64,000 nt of DNA from Macrostomum hystrix (lineage: Eukaryota; Animalia; Platyhelminthes), in the NCBI GenBank assembly GCA_950097015.1, contig CATNEN010000030.1, forward strand, positions 1,054,001-1,118,000, in the 5' to 3' direction. Below, one piece after another: positions 21,608-32,120 of the stretch. The translations under genes were made by a program, and so were the position numbers. The stretch's first letter is position 1. Each line of letters opens with the position of its first letter. The notes under the pieces were generated by a model, which searched no databases, was not told the origin of the DNA, and worked only from the letters and a program-made list of their open reading frames with translations.

Positions 21608-23943
21608 GTTTTTGCTAATATTTTCCAGGCTTTTACTGCAAATAATGCTCTTTATCTTCTCTGTGAGTGCTTGTTGCGTTTGTCTGTTTTGTTATCTTTT
21701 TGTTAACTAGGACATGCCACACTGCAAAGAAATTAGAACTTAAGTTAAAATTAAAATGCACACTACACAATACTAAGTACACATACTAAGTTTATTTTAA
21801 TCAACTAATTAATGTAATCTGAGATAAATTTCAATTTTCCATGTACCTATACAAATCAAAATAATGATACAAATGATTGCTCATAAGATATTTCAACTAA
21901 TTTTTGTGATTACTTTGAAAATACAAATGAAATGAATGTTAAAATAATAAGCATTCAATTATATAAAAATTATTTATAAGTTGCCTGATTTGAACTCTGC
22001 CTCCAAAAAACTTCAAGAAAGAATAATATAATAATAATAATAACCATGACTTCAGACATAAAAGCCACCTTTAAGTAGGAATTTGTTGTTTAGTATTGGT
22101 TATTTCTTTTAATTCCAGTAAAAAAATATGATTAGAAGACTTCTTTAAATATAATTGGCTCTATTGTAATTTAAAATGCTGGCATGGCACTTTTAGCTAA
22201 ATGATAACCTTCTAGATGTGGGCAATCCTCACATGTTTCGCACGCCATGTCAGCTTTTTTGTTAATGATTTCTCTAAAGTCACCAATAGTGCTTCATTGC
22301 CACCTTGTCTTGTCAATACCTATTGCTCTCATATGCACTTGTCACTTATTGACTTGATTAGTGTGTCCTAAAATATGACTTTGAGGACAAACTAATTGAT
22401 TCCTAGTTAGTGATTATTGATTTTATTGATTCCAATAACTTTACTGATGCTATGCATTACAACACAAAACAAAGGATGAGCAGGAATCACCAAGATTATA
22501 ATATTTATTTAGCATGTATTTGTTCGAGAAGAGCTCAAATAGATATTATTGGTTAACTATTCGTACACTTGCTTCTATATTCTACAACAGTAATATATAT
22601 AAAAAATTACCTTGGCCTTTTAATATGCTTTTTAAGTTTCATGCGAAATTGAAAAATAAAAAAGCGACTCAAAAATAATGGAAAGAAAGAATCATAGTCA
22701 GCAAATTCTTAGTCAGCAAATTCGCAGAAACTACCGTTTAAAATTTCATCAGAACTTTATATTAACCTATTTTCGCGCAGTTGTAAAAGTAAAACAAATA
22801 AAATAATTCGCGGCAGAAAATACTAGCAAATAATAACCTTAACAGTTGGTTTGTGCATTTTAACAGTGCAAAATACTGCATTCTTAAATTTTTCTAAAAT
22901 CAACAACTTTCATTGAGTCATGCATCAAATTCAGTTGTATTCTTTTTTGTGGTTTCAAGCCTCTGACTCAACATTATTTTATTTTTTATTAGGAGATCCT
23001 ATAGTTTTTCTAGCACTTTATCAGACTTACGCTATCGGAGCAGAAAATTAATTTTAATTATTGTATCTCTGTTTACAGTTCCTCTTTATGACTCATATTC
23101 AATAGCAGACTTTCTTTTAAATAACAAAAACGTAAAGAACTTATTTTTTGAATCTCTCAAACCATAGAAATCTTTAAATTTATGTTTGACGCTTTAACTT
23201 TTTGTGTTGATTGTACCTTGTGTAGTTGTATTTAGCTTTAATAAAAATGTTCTCTAGAACCATCCAGAAGTCCATTTATTAAGACAAAAAAGTATAGTCC
23301 TTTTTATAATTCTCTTTGTGAAGAGGCAGTGCCACATTGCTTGTGGTACAGGGAAAAAGTTAGAGAAATAGCTCGTTTTGCAAAAAATATGTATATTTGA
23401 TATTTTAAGAAATTTTTGCTAAGATTTTTTTGTTCCTTTATACAAATTTTGAAAAACCAGTCACCCCACTTTTGTAAACAAAATACTCGTATTTTACATG
23501 GCTTAGAGCCAATAGCGTTAGGTCCAATGAGTTCTAATTACTGTGTTTTTTTAAGTACGATATGCACAAAAAAATTATGTTCTTAGCTCAGAAAAAGTGT
23601 AGTCAGTAGTAGCAAAAAATGTTAATGGCAATATATGTATATATGTCTGCGTAAAAGAAGATAAAAAAATATGTTTCTGTACATGTTTTTAATGTTTGTA
23701 GTTCGTTGTAATGTATCTGTTATTAAATACTAAAGATTGATGTTCTCAAAAGTTCATCTACAAACGAGATGGTCATTGAGACCTACTAGAAAAATTAAAA
23801 AAATTAAATAATAGCAAATCATATTTCTAACCATTTAGTCGACTCTTGTACAAATTGCCTTAAAATTTAAGAATTATTAAAAACTACATTTCAGACCGTC
23901 GCTTCGATTCGCAAATCAAAGAGCAGAACCAATTACAACGACA

Positions 23944-24112
23944 ATGGCACAGCAGGCAGTGAATGTTCATTCCACTTCGCAGACTACGGACAATATGAGC
24001 CGGCATGAGATGCTTGGCTGGGTTAATGGCTCACTGCAGACCAACATTGGTAAAATTGAAGAACTCGCCACCGGAGCTATTTATTGCCAGCTGATGGACA
24101 TGCTTTTCCCTG
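23944..24112 (+). CDS. MAPRE1: EB1/MAPRE microtubule plus-end binding protein, exon 1 (CH domain)
   Basis: ATG at 23944; [56 protein letters not shown]; donor G|GTAAGA at 24113. Full model 23944-24112, 24210-24316, 24611-24877, 25809-26147 = 293 aa. Confidence 0.96.
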
Positions 24113-24209
24113 GTAAGAGTTTTGTTAGACCAAAAGTCTCAAAAGCACACGGGATTCTCGAATTAGCTATTTCTATTTCATACTGTTTACATTTTCTGTT
24201 CGCTTTTAG

Positions 24210-24316
24210 GCACTCTCACATTCAAGAAAGTGAAGTTCAACACCATACTGGAGCACGAGTACATCAACAATTTTAAAGTGCTGCAGGCATTGTTTAAAAA
24301 GCACGGAGTGGACAAG
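24210..24316 (+). CDS. MAPRE1: EB1/MAPRE exon 2
   Basis: Acceptor cgcttttAG at 24208-24209 and donor AAG|GTTTGT; translates [36 protein letters not shown]. Confidence 0.95.
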
Positions 24317-24364
24317 GTTTGTTGTTTGAAGTTGTAAATACAATAAATATTATATTTGTTTGAA

Positions 24365-24545
24365 CAGGAGGGGAGACAGGGGGAGTACGAAGAGGGGAGA
24401 CAGGGGGAGTAGGAAGAGCGGAGACAAGGGGGTGGGATGAGTGAAGGGGGAGTGGAATGAGAGGAGACAGGGGAGTGGGAGGAGGGGAGACAGGGGAGTG
24501 GGAGGAGGGGAGACAGGGGAGTGGGAGGAGGGGAGACAGGGGTGA
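24365..24545. repeat. G-rich repeat (GGGGAGACAGGGGAGTGGGAGGA) in EB1 intron 2
   Basis: About 7 degenerate copies with many G3-G5 runs. Confidence 0.8.
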
Positions 24546-24610
24546 TGTGAAGAGGCGAGTTTCGCTAAGATCGTGATGCAGATATTTCCCAACTCATTCT
24601 ACTTTGCCAG

Positions 24611-24877
24611 GAGGTGCCGATAGAGCGCCTAGTCAAGGCCCGCTTCCAGGACAATTTCGAGTTCGCCCAGTGGTTCAAGCGCTTCTTCGACGCCAACTAC
24701 ACCGGCGAGCCGTACGACGCTCTGGCGGCCCGCTCGGGCGAGGCCGTCGGCGCTGGCGGCTCTGGTCGAGGAGGCGGAGCAGCTGCGCCGGCGCCAGCGA
24801 CGGTTCCGGCGCCATCAAAGCAGAAGCAGCGACCTGCTCAGACGCAGCCAGCTCAGCAGCAGCAGCCGATTTCAAAG
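24611..24877 (+). CDS. MAPRE1: EB1/MAPRE exon 3
   Basis: Acceptor actttgccAG and donor AAG|GTAATT; translates [30 protein letters not shown] followed by an Ala/Pro/Gln linker. Confidence 0.95.
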
Positions 24878-25116
24878 GTAATTTTCGTTAAGATAGATAA
24901 GCTAAAACTAGCCCCAGTTATGCGAGATGTACAGTCGGTGATACAGCTTCAGTTATTCCGGGGCGCGGCTTAATTAAATTACAGTTTAAATTTTTACGAC
25001 TGACTGAACTGTAGCACTAAGGAATTTAATGTCTAGCTCAGGGACACATTGTTTCCCTAGTTTTTAGATTCGAACTCCGACCTTTCGGTTAGTTTGTCTG
25101 TCCGAAGCTCTAAACC

Positions 25117-25165
25117 AGGGGTTGGCAAACTCCGGCTCGCGTGCCAATGCGGCCATCGAAGCTCC
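25117..25165 (+). mobile_element. Lone hAT (Buster/Charlie-type) terminal repeat remnant
   Basis: CAGGGGTTGGCAAACTCCGGCTCGCGTGCC preceded by CTCTAAAC, close to the NTCTAGAN target preference of Buster-type hATs; no matching right end found. Confidence 0.55.
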
Positions 25166-25214
25166 CAAATACGAACCGTTGCCCCTTCCGGCACCTATAT
25201 AGTATCATTTTCAC

Positions 25215-25665
25215 CTTTCCTGTCTCATCCCTCCCCTGTCTCATCCCTACCCTGTCTGATCTATCCCCTGTCTCATCCCTCCCCTGTCTGATCTATCCCC
25301 TGTCTCATCCCTCCCCTGTCTCATCCCTACCCTGTCTCATCCCTACCCTGTCTCATCCCTCCCCTGTCTGATCTATCCCCTGTCTCATCCCTCCCCTGTC
25401 TCATCTCTCCCGTGTCTCATCTCTCCCCTGTCTCATCTCTCCCGTGTCTCATCTATCCCCTGTCTCATCCCTCCCGTGTCTCATCTATCCCCTGTCTCAT
25501 CCCTCCCCTGTCTCATCTCTCCCGTGTCTCATCCCTCCCGTCTCATCTCTCCCGTGTCTCATCTCTCCCGTGTCTCATCTCTCCCCTGTCTCATCTCTCC
25601 CGTGTCTCATCTCTCCCCTGTCTCATCTCTCCCTTGTTTCATCTCTCCCCTGTGTCATCTATCCC
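25215..25665. repeat. CT-rich 16-bp minisatellite (TGTCTCATCTCTCCCC family) in EB1 intron 3
   Basis: Tandem degenerate copies. Confidence 0.92.
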
Positions 25666-25808
25666 CAATATCATATTTCTTCTGTCAATGCGGCCCGCTA
25701 TAGTCTTTTAGATTGTCTCTTTGGCCTGCTAGTTAATAAGTTTGCTGACCCCTTCTCGAAACAATCATCGGCCTATAAGAATAAAGATCCCAATTCTGAC
25801 TCTCCCAG

Positions 25809-26147
25809 CCTCAGCAGCAGCAGCCGCCATCAGGGGTGGCGACCTATCGCGCAGCCGGTCCCACCGGCGCTGGCTCCGGCAACGCCGACCAGATGCGTCG
25901 ACAACTCGCCGAACTGACGGCCCGCCAGGTGGAGGACCGGCGGACCAGAGACGGCCTGATCAAGGAGCGCGACTTCTACTACGGCAAATTGCGCCAGGTT
26001 GAAGTGATCTGCCAGACTACGGACATGCCTAACGACCAGATCCGGCGCATTCTGGACATTCTCTACCAGACTGAGGAGGGCTTTGCGCAGCCGCAGGAGG
26101 CGGCGCAGGCTGGCAACGGAGCCGACGGGGAGCCCGAGGAATACTGA
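25809..26147 (+). CDS. MAPRE1: EB1/MAPRE exon 4 (EBH domain and EEY tail)
   Basis: Acceptor ctgactctcccAG at 25807-25808; translates ...GLIKERDFYYGKLRQVEVICQ...ILYQTEEGF...EPEEY*, including the diagnostic C-terminal EEY. Confidence 0.95.
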   Translation, partial: PQQQQPPSGVATYRAAGPTGAGSGNADQMRRQLAELTARQVEDRRTRDGLIKERDFYYGKLRQVEVICQTTDMPNDQIRRILDILYQTEEGFAQPQEAAQAGNGADGEPEEY

Positions 26148-26620
26148 TAGACTTTCCTTTTAAAAAGAGACAAAAATATATGTATGTTCTCCTTACTGTT
26201 ACTAGTAGTAGTGTGCGTGCATAATGTCTAGTTTTGTGAGGTTAAAAAACGTATTGTTTAAATTTTGTTTACTATATTTTTATCTTGGACGAAAAAAAAG
26301 TGACTTGCTCACCTGTAGCATGTTCGCCTATTTGTTTAGAGTGCACTCGCGATGAATTTATAAGAAGTCTACTACATTTTTCGAAGCGTTTTTTTTTTAC
26401 TTTTCCTAGCCAGCTTGCCTCAATTTGTCTTCCGCGGCTTCCGAAGACAAGTTCTGATAATGCCAGGATTGTGTTTTGCAGCTTTTCTTGTGAAATTTTC
26501 CTGATGCCTGACCCTGATTTCATTCTTTCACTTCACGTACGCTGGTAATTATGAACTTTTACAGTAGAATGCAAATTATTACAGAAAATAGTAATATTTT
26601 CACCTGCTTGACTGATGCAG

Positions 26621-28395
26621 CACCTGTTAAAATGGTAGCTTACCTGTCCTACAGAGCTAGCACCAGTTAAAATGATAACTTACCTGTCCTACAGAGCTAG
26701 CACCAGTTAAAATGATAACTTACCTGTCCTACAGAGCTAGCACCTGTTAAAATGGTAGCTTACCTGTCCTACAGAGCTAGCACCTGTTAAAATGGTAGCT
26801 TACCTGTCCTACAGAGCTAGCACCTGTTAAAATGGTAGCTTACCTGTCCTACAGAGCTAGCACCTGTTAAAATGGTAGCTTACCTGTCCTACAGAGCTAG
26901 CACCTGTTAAAATGGTAGCTTACCTGTCCTACAGAGCTAGCACCTGTTAAAATGGTAGCTTACCTGTCCTACAGAGCTAGCACCTGTTAAAATGGTAGCT
27001 TACCTGTCCTACAGAGCTAGCACCTGTTAAAATGGTGACTTACCTGTCCTACAGAGCTAGCACCTGTTAAAATGATAACTTACCTGTCCTACAGAGCTAG
27101 CACCTGTTAAAATGGTAGCTTACCTGTCCTACAGAGCTAGCACCTGTTAAAATGGTGACTTACCTGTCCTACAGAGCTAGCACCTGTTAAAATGATAACT
27201 TACCTGTCCTACAGAGCTAGCACCTGTTAAAATGGTAACTTACCTGTCCTACAGAGCTAGTACCTGTTAAAATGGTAACTTACCTGTCCTACAGAGCTAG
27301 TACCTGTTAAAATGGTAGCTTACCTGTCCTACAGAGCTAGCACCTGTTAAAATGATAACTTACCTGTCCTACAGAGCTAGCACCTGTTAAAATGGTGACT
27401 TACCTGTCCTACAGAGCTAGCACCTGTTAAAATGGTAGCTTACCTGTCCTACAGAGCTAGCACCTGTTAAAATGGTGACTTACCTGTCCTACAGAGCTAG
27501 CACCTGTTAAAATGATAACTTACCTGTCCTACAGAGCTAGCACCTGTTAAAATGGTAACTTACCTGTCCTACAGAGCTAGTACCTGTTAAAATGGTAACT
27601 TACCTGTCCTACAGAGCTAGTACCTGTTAAAATGGTAGCTTACCTGTCCTACAGAGCTAGCACCTGTTAAAATGATAACTTACCTGTCCTACAGAGCTAG
27701 CACCTGTTAAAATGGTGACTTACCTGTCCTACAGAGCTAGCACCTGTTAAAATGATAACTTACCTGTCCTACAGAGCTAGCACCTGTTAAAATGGTAGCT
27801 TACCTGTCCTACAGAGCTAGCACCTGTTAAAATGGTGACTTACCTGTCCTACAGAGCTAGCACCTGTTAAAATGATAACTTACCTGTCCCTACAGAGCTA
27901 GCACCTGTTAAAATGGTAACTTACCTGTCCTACAGAGCTAGTACCTGTTAAAATGATAACTTACCTGTCCTACAGAGCTAGCACCTGTTAAAATGATAAC
28001 TTACCTGTCCTACACAGCTAGCACCTGTTAAAATGGTAACTTACCTGTCCTACAGAGCTAGCACCTGTTAAAATGGTAACTTACCTGTCCTACAGAGCTA
28101 GCACCTGTTAAAATGGTAACTTACCTGTCCTACAGAGCTAGCACCAGTTAAAATGGTAACTTACCTGTCCTACAGAGCTAGCACCTGTTAAAATGGTAAC
28201 TTACCTGTCCTACAGAGCTAGCACCTGTTAAAATGGTAGCTTACCTGTCCTACAGAGCTAGCACCTGTTAAAATGGTAGCTTACCTGTCCTACAGAGCTA
28301 GCACCTGTTAAAATGGTAGCTTACCTGTCCTACAGAGCTAGCACCTGTTAAAATGGTAGCTTACCTGTCCTAACTTACCTGTCCTACATGTAAGC
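26621..28395. repeat. 40-bp minisatellite (CACCTGTTAAAATGGTAGCTTACCTGTCCTACAGAGCTAG), ~44 copies
   Basis: Highly homogeneous direct repeats between the convergent EB1 and Prep genes. Confidence 0.98.
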
Positions 28396-28984
28396 ACCTG
28401 TTTGAAATAATACTTTGACTTAATTTATACGAGCGCAAAATAAATGTCGGTTTGCATCCGCTCAAACTTGTATTTTTGTACTAACATTGTCAGCATGATA
28501 GTCCAATGTGATATTTATCTGCGTATGTCAATAATTCCTAACTGCTGAGCAGATGCCAAAATAATGATTGTAGATTAATTTTTTGGAAATAGTATATATC
28601 TTTATGCAGTTAAAACTTTTTGAATCAATTATCACTATTAGAAAGGCTACAATTATTATTGCTAAATTTACTCCCTAAAACTATTTTTTTTCGCATTTTT
28701 ATTTTTGTTTTTAATAAGGGACAGCCATGGCATCGGTGACAGTTAATGGCTGTGCACCTTTTTGATCAAGTGCCTTTTTATATTGTCGTTTAATTTCAAT
28801 ACCATTTTGCTCAAAGTCTACTCCATACAGAATTTCTATACAACCGTAGTTTTTTACATCAAAAATGGAAATATAAAACAGTAGTACATGAAAATTTCTC
28901 CAGCTTAGACTATTCCAAATATAGTTTTAATAAATAAATATTAACCCTGATTCATTGATCATTTAGCTATGCACGAAATGACAA

Positions 28985-29185
28985 GAAGGTTGTAGCCTAG
29001 TGAAGGTTGGGGGTTCGATTCCCGACTCCACTGGAACAATTTTTGTCCATTAGCAAGACACTTAGCTCTGCAGTGCTTCACCCAGCTGCTAAATTGGTCC
29101 ATGGACTGAACAGCCGTACGCAGCCTTCAGATTCGGCTGCACATCTGAGCCTATCGGTGCAGGTGGAATCGATTATTGACAATTA
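28985..29185 (+). mobile_element. tRNA-derived SINE, family 2 (CORE-like block)
   Basis: A-box-like TGTAGCCTAGTG at 28991 and B-box GGTTCGATTCCC at 29012, then GTCCATTAGCAAGACACTTA and CACCCAGCTGCTAAATTGG; related pieces at 30100, 32480, 50965/51320 and 25065. Confidence 0.7.
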
Positions 29186-30099
29186 ATTACGAAATGAAAA
29201 GCAAACCCATAACCGTCAGATTGAGTTTTGTAATAACAGTGCTTGTTGTTATTGCTGTATTTACAAATCCGAGAAACAGACACACAAACAATAAGGACTG
29301 GACTTCATTTATTCATAGTTTTATCTTCTTCAACGATTCTGCTTTTAGACAGTTGGTAAAAAAAAACAATTTTAATTTAGGAAGGGAGAGCATTGTTGCA
29401 GGGTTGACAGATAACAGAACAGGAGAAGCAGGTGCTGACTTTTTATATCCCTTTTTAGTTGGTCAGCGCAAAACTGAGTTAAAAAGTTCTACTTTTAGTA
29501 GTAGTAGCGCTAACTGCTGCTGCTTACAGAATGAGTTTAAGATCAAATATTTATTGTGTACAAATGAAGTTAAAATTAGGAATAGTTTCAAAGAGAAATC
29601 ATAGCTCAACGGCAGTGCTGTGTTAATTTAGTGAAAATGAATATTGGACTTTTCTGTTTTTCTATAATTCTTAAACTTTGCTATTAGTTCATTTCTTTGT
29701 TATATCGGGTGAATCAACGTTAATGACTTGACATCAAAATAGCAAGGTAAAATGAGTATTGATGATTGCAGCAAGAAATTTATAGCCTGATTATTAAAAA
29801 AGAAAGTTTATTAAGCTCGATTTCCTTCAGTGAGAAGTCCTGATTTAAACAGTGTTCAAAAATAGAAGCTTAAGTAATTGTTACACTACTTGATCGAGTA
29901 GTCGAGTAAGTACACAAGACAAATAATCAAATAGGATATTAATTGCATTGCAAGATTTTGTTAAGCTACTGACTGGACATCAAATGAGACGCCTATTTCA
30001 CATAGACTTTTCTTGCTTACAATAGGTTGGCTTCTCAATTACAATATAAAGTACTTTTACAAACAAAAAAATAGCTGATTGCCCAATATTCTCAGGCCA

Positions 30100-30197
30100 G
30101 TTTGTAGCCTAGAGCCATGAACTTCTGATCGAGACGTCGGGAGTTCGAATCCAAGCGAAAGGGAAACGGCTTTTGTGCTCAAGCAAGACACTTACAT
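30100..30197 (+). mobile_element. tRNA-derived SINE, family 2, 3'-truncated copy
   Basis: TGTAGCCTAG (30103), GAGTTCGAATCC (30141), TTTTGTGCTCAAGCAAGACACTTAC (30171). Confidence 0.65.
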
Positions 30198-30280
30198 TCC
30201 AAACTTACTAACAGGCATAATTTCATGTTCCCAAAATATCTCTTCTTTTATATCTGGCAGCGATAGCAGTGATATGGCTA

Positions 30281-30610
30281 GGGGGTGAGTAGCAGAACGG
30301 TTAACGCGTTCGCCTCTCGCACCAAGGTCCCTGAGCTCGATTCCAAGTCGAGGCCACCATTTTGGGCTCAGCCGCGGAGAGAAGGCTTGTGGGCTTGTCG
30401 TGCAATTTACGCCCTTGAGGGCCAACCTCCAAGACACAGTGAAAGTGTACACTGCCTGACGATGAGAAAGTCAGAGCAGATGCACACACCTGTGTGAGCG
30501 TGTGCTCAGGAGTCAGCGGAATGGGCAGAATTGCCTCCTCGCTGGCTGCAGGTCTAGTGTCACCAAATGGTGTGCCATTGCCCGCAGCCCTCCTGCAATT
30601 ATTATTACTA
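30281..30610 (+). mobile_element. tRNA-derived SINE, family 1 (~330 bp, (ATT)n tail)
   Basis: GGGGG start, A-box-like TAGCAGAACGG, degenerate B-box GCTCGATTCC, body shared with copies at 32121, 51035, 53808 and 58693, ending CAGCCCTCCTGCAATTATTATTA. Confidence 0.88.
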
Positions 30611-31020
30611 TTTTATATGGCTAGATAAGTTAAACGTTAGGCATGGGACCAGGTTTAACAAACTTACTTTAATTAGGTAAAAATGACGGCAAATATTTAT
30701 TCTCCCACATTGAATTGAGGAGTGAAATAATATCCAAAAGTACAACTAAACGAACAACAAACAGAAATAAGTAACTACGGCAAGGGCGTTGCATTTAGTT
30801 TTAACAAGTGGAGAAGAACAGAGAAGGCTGAGACGGTAGCTTTTAGAAGGAAGGAGACAACAGCACAGAGATAAAAATTCGTTCTCTAATTAGATGAAAA
30901 TTTAATAAACTGATTTAAAAATGGTACAGAGACAAACAATGAGAATAATTCTATATTACTACAACTATACTCAGAGTTATGTACTGGGCGGTGTTTCAGC
31001 AGATCGGCGAGTGGCAAACA

Positions 31021-31103
31021 TCATTCAAAGCCGACCTTTGCCACCTTCCAGTCCATGGTTAAATCTGGCGGCATCGCGCTGCTGATAGGAAATCCGGATG
31101 GAT
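31021..31103 (-). CDS. PKNOX1: PKNOX/Prep homeobox protein, probable last exon
   Basis: Acceptor ttgcAG at 31105-31104; phase matches the strong upstream donor; translates NPSGFPISSAMPPDLTMDWKVAKVGFE* (TGA 31023-31021). Confidence 0.7.
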
Positions 31104-31225
31104 CTGCAATTTTTTAATGAAAATATCGATAATTTTTCACGCCTTCCAAATAATCCACTAAAAAGCTGGTAGTCCTACTGCAAGTAGTGCAGTGAAGACG
31201 CAGCAGAGAAGCAAAAATATCTTAC

Positions 31226-32012
31226 TGTGCTGTGCCATATACTGGTGATGCGGCTGATGATGATGCTGCTGGTGCTGATGCAATAGCTGGCCGGAGCCGA
31301 AGTCAACGCCGCCACCGCTGCCGCCTCCGCCACCACCGACAACTACGCCAGTGGCAGCATCGTCGTCCTCATCTAGGCCATCTGAGTCGGCGCCGTCGTA
31401 ACTACCAGCTTCATCGTCCTCGGAGTCGTCGCCAATATCGTCGCTAATCATCAGGCGTCGGACGCCGGCTTGGTGATGACCGGCTGACATCATAGTGGAA
31501 GGCGTCGATTGTTGCTGGGTGGCCGACGCTGACACCGGAGGCGCGTAGGGAACTGCTGACGCATGCTGCTGCTGCTGATGATGCTGATGGTGCTGATTGT
31601 GAAACGGCGGGGTCACCTGCTGATGCTGCTGATGCTGATAGAGGCCAAGCGGTGGCTTGGCTTCGTGATGCCCGCCAGCAACCGCCTCCTCTTTGACGAC
31701 ACCCGCTGGACCGGATGAAGAATGCTGCTGCTGCTGCTGCTGATGCTGATGATGCGTCGACTTGCCAACAGAGGCCGGCGAAGACGCCACAGCGGCCTGA
31801 CTACTAGCCAGGTTGGCAGGCCAGAAGCGGACATTGCTGGGCCGGTTCTGCTGGGCCTTCTTCTTCTTCTGGCTGCTCTCCGGCGATGAGGCGTCGAGCA
31901 TCGGCTGCAGGATGCGCCGGCGGGCGTTGATGAACCAGTTGTTGACCTGCAGCAGCGTCAAGTTGGTCTGGCCGGCCAGCTGGCGCTTCTCGTCCTCAGT
32001 CGGGTACGGATG
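31226..32012 (-). CDS. PKNOX1: PKNOX/Prep homeobox protein, second half of the TALE homeodomain plus Gln/His/Gly-rich tail
   Basis: Acceptor ttcactcgcAG at 32014-32013 and donor A|GTAAGA at 31225; translates [40 protein letters not shown], the Prep-type helix 3. Confidence 0.95.
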
Positions 32013-32120
32013 CTGCGAGTGAAGCAGGAGAAGAAAATAGTCACTTTATTCGCCTGGACTTCAATTGCAAGTAGTTAAATGTAACAATGAGATTCCGTTG
32101 AATGAATTTCAATTAGGTTC

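Noticed and set aside
26621-28395. CRISPR array (also considered for the 34158 and 47585 arrays)
   Set aside because: Units are contiguous with no unique spacers, there are no cas genes, and the context is eukaryotic.
28985-29030. Bona fide tRNA genes (also at 30100, 32121, 58693)
   Set aside because: Only A- and B-box-like motifs are present, with no complete cloverleaf, and each continues into a shared SINE body.
30533-30546. GCCTCCTCGCTGGC in SINE family 1, identical to P3/L3 of the HDV genomic ribozyme, with a GCGGAATGGG look-alike just upstream
   Set aside because: The required order and pairings (P2 before P3, P1' followed by GG, P4, C-xAA-P2') cannot be built; other copies fold this segment as a simple hairpin.
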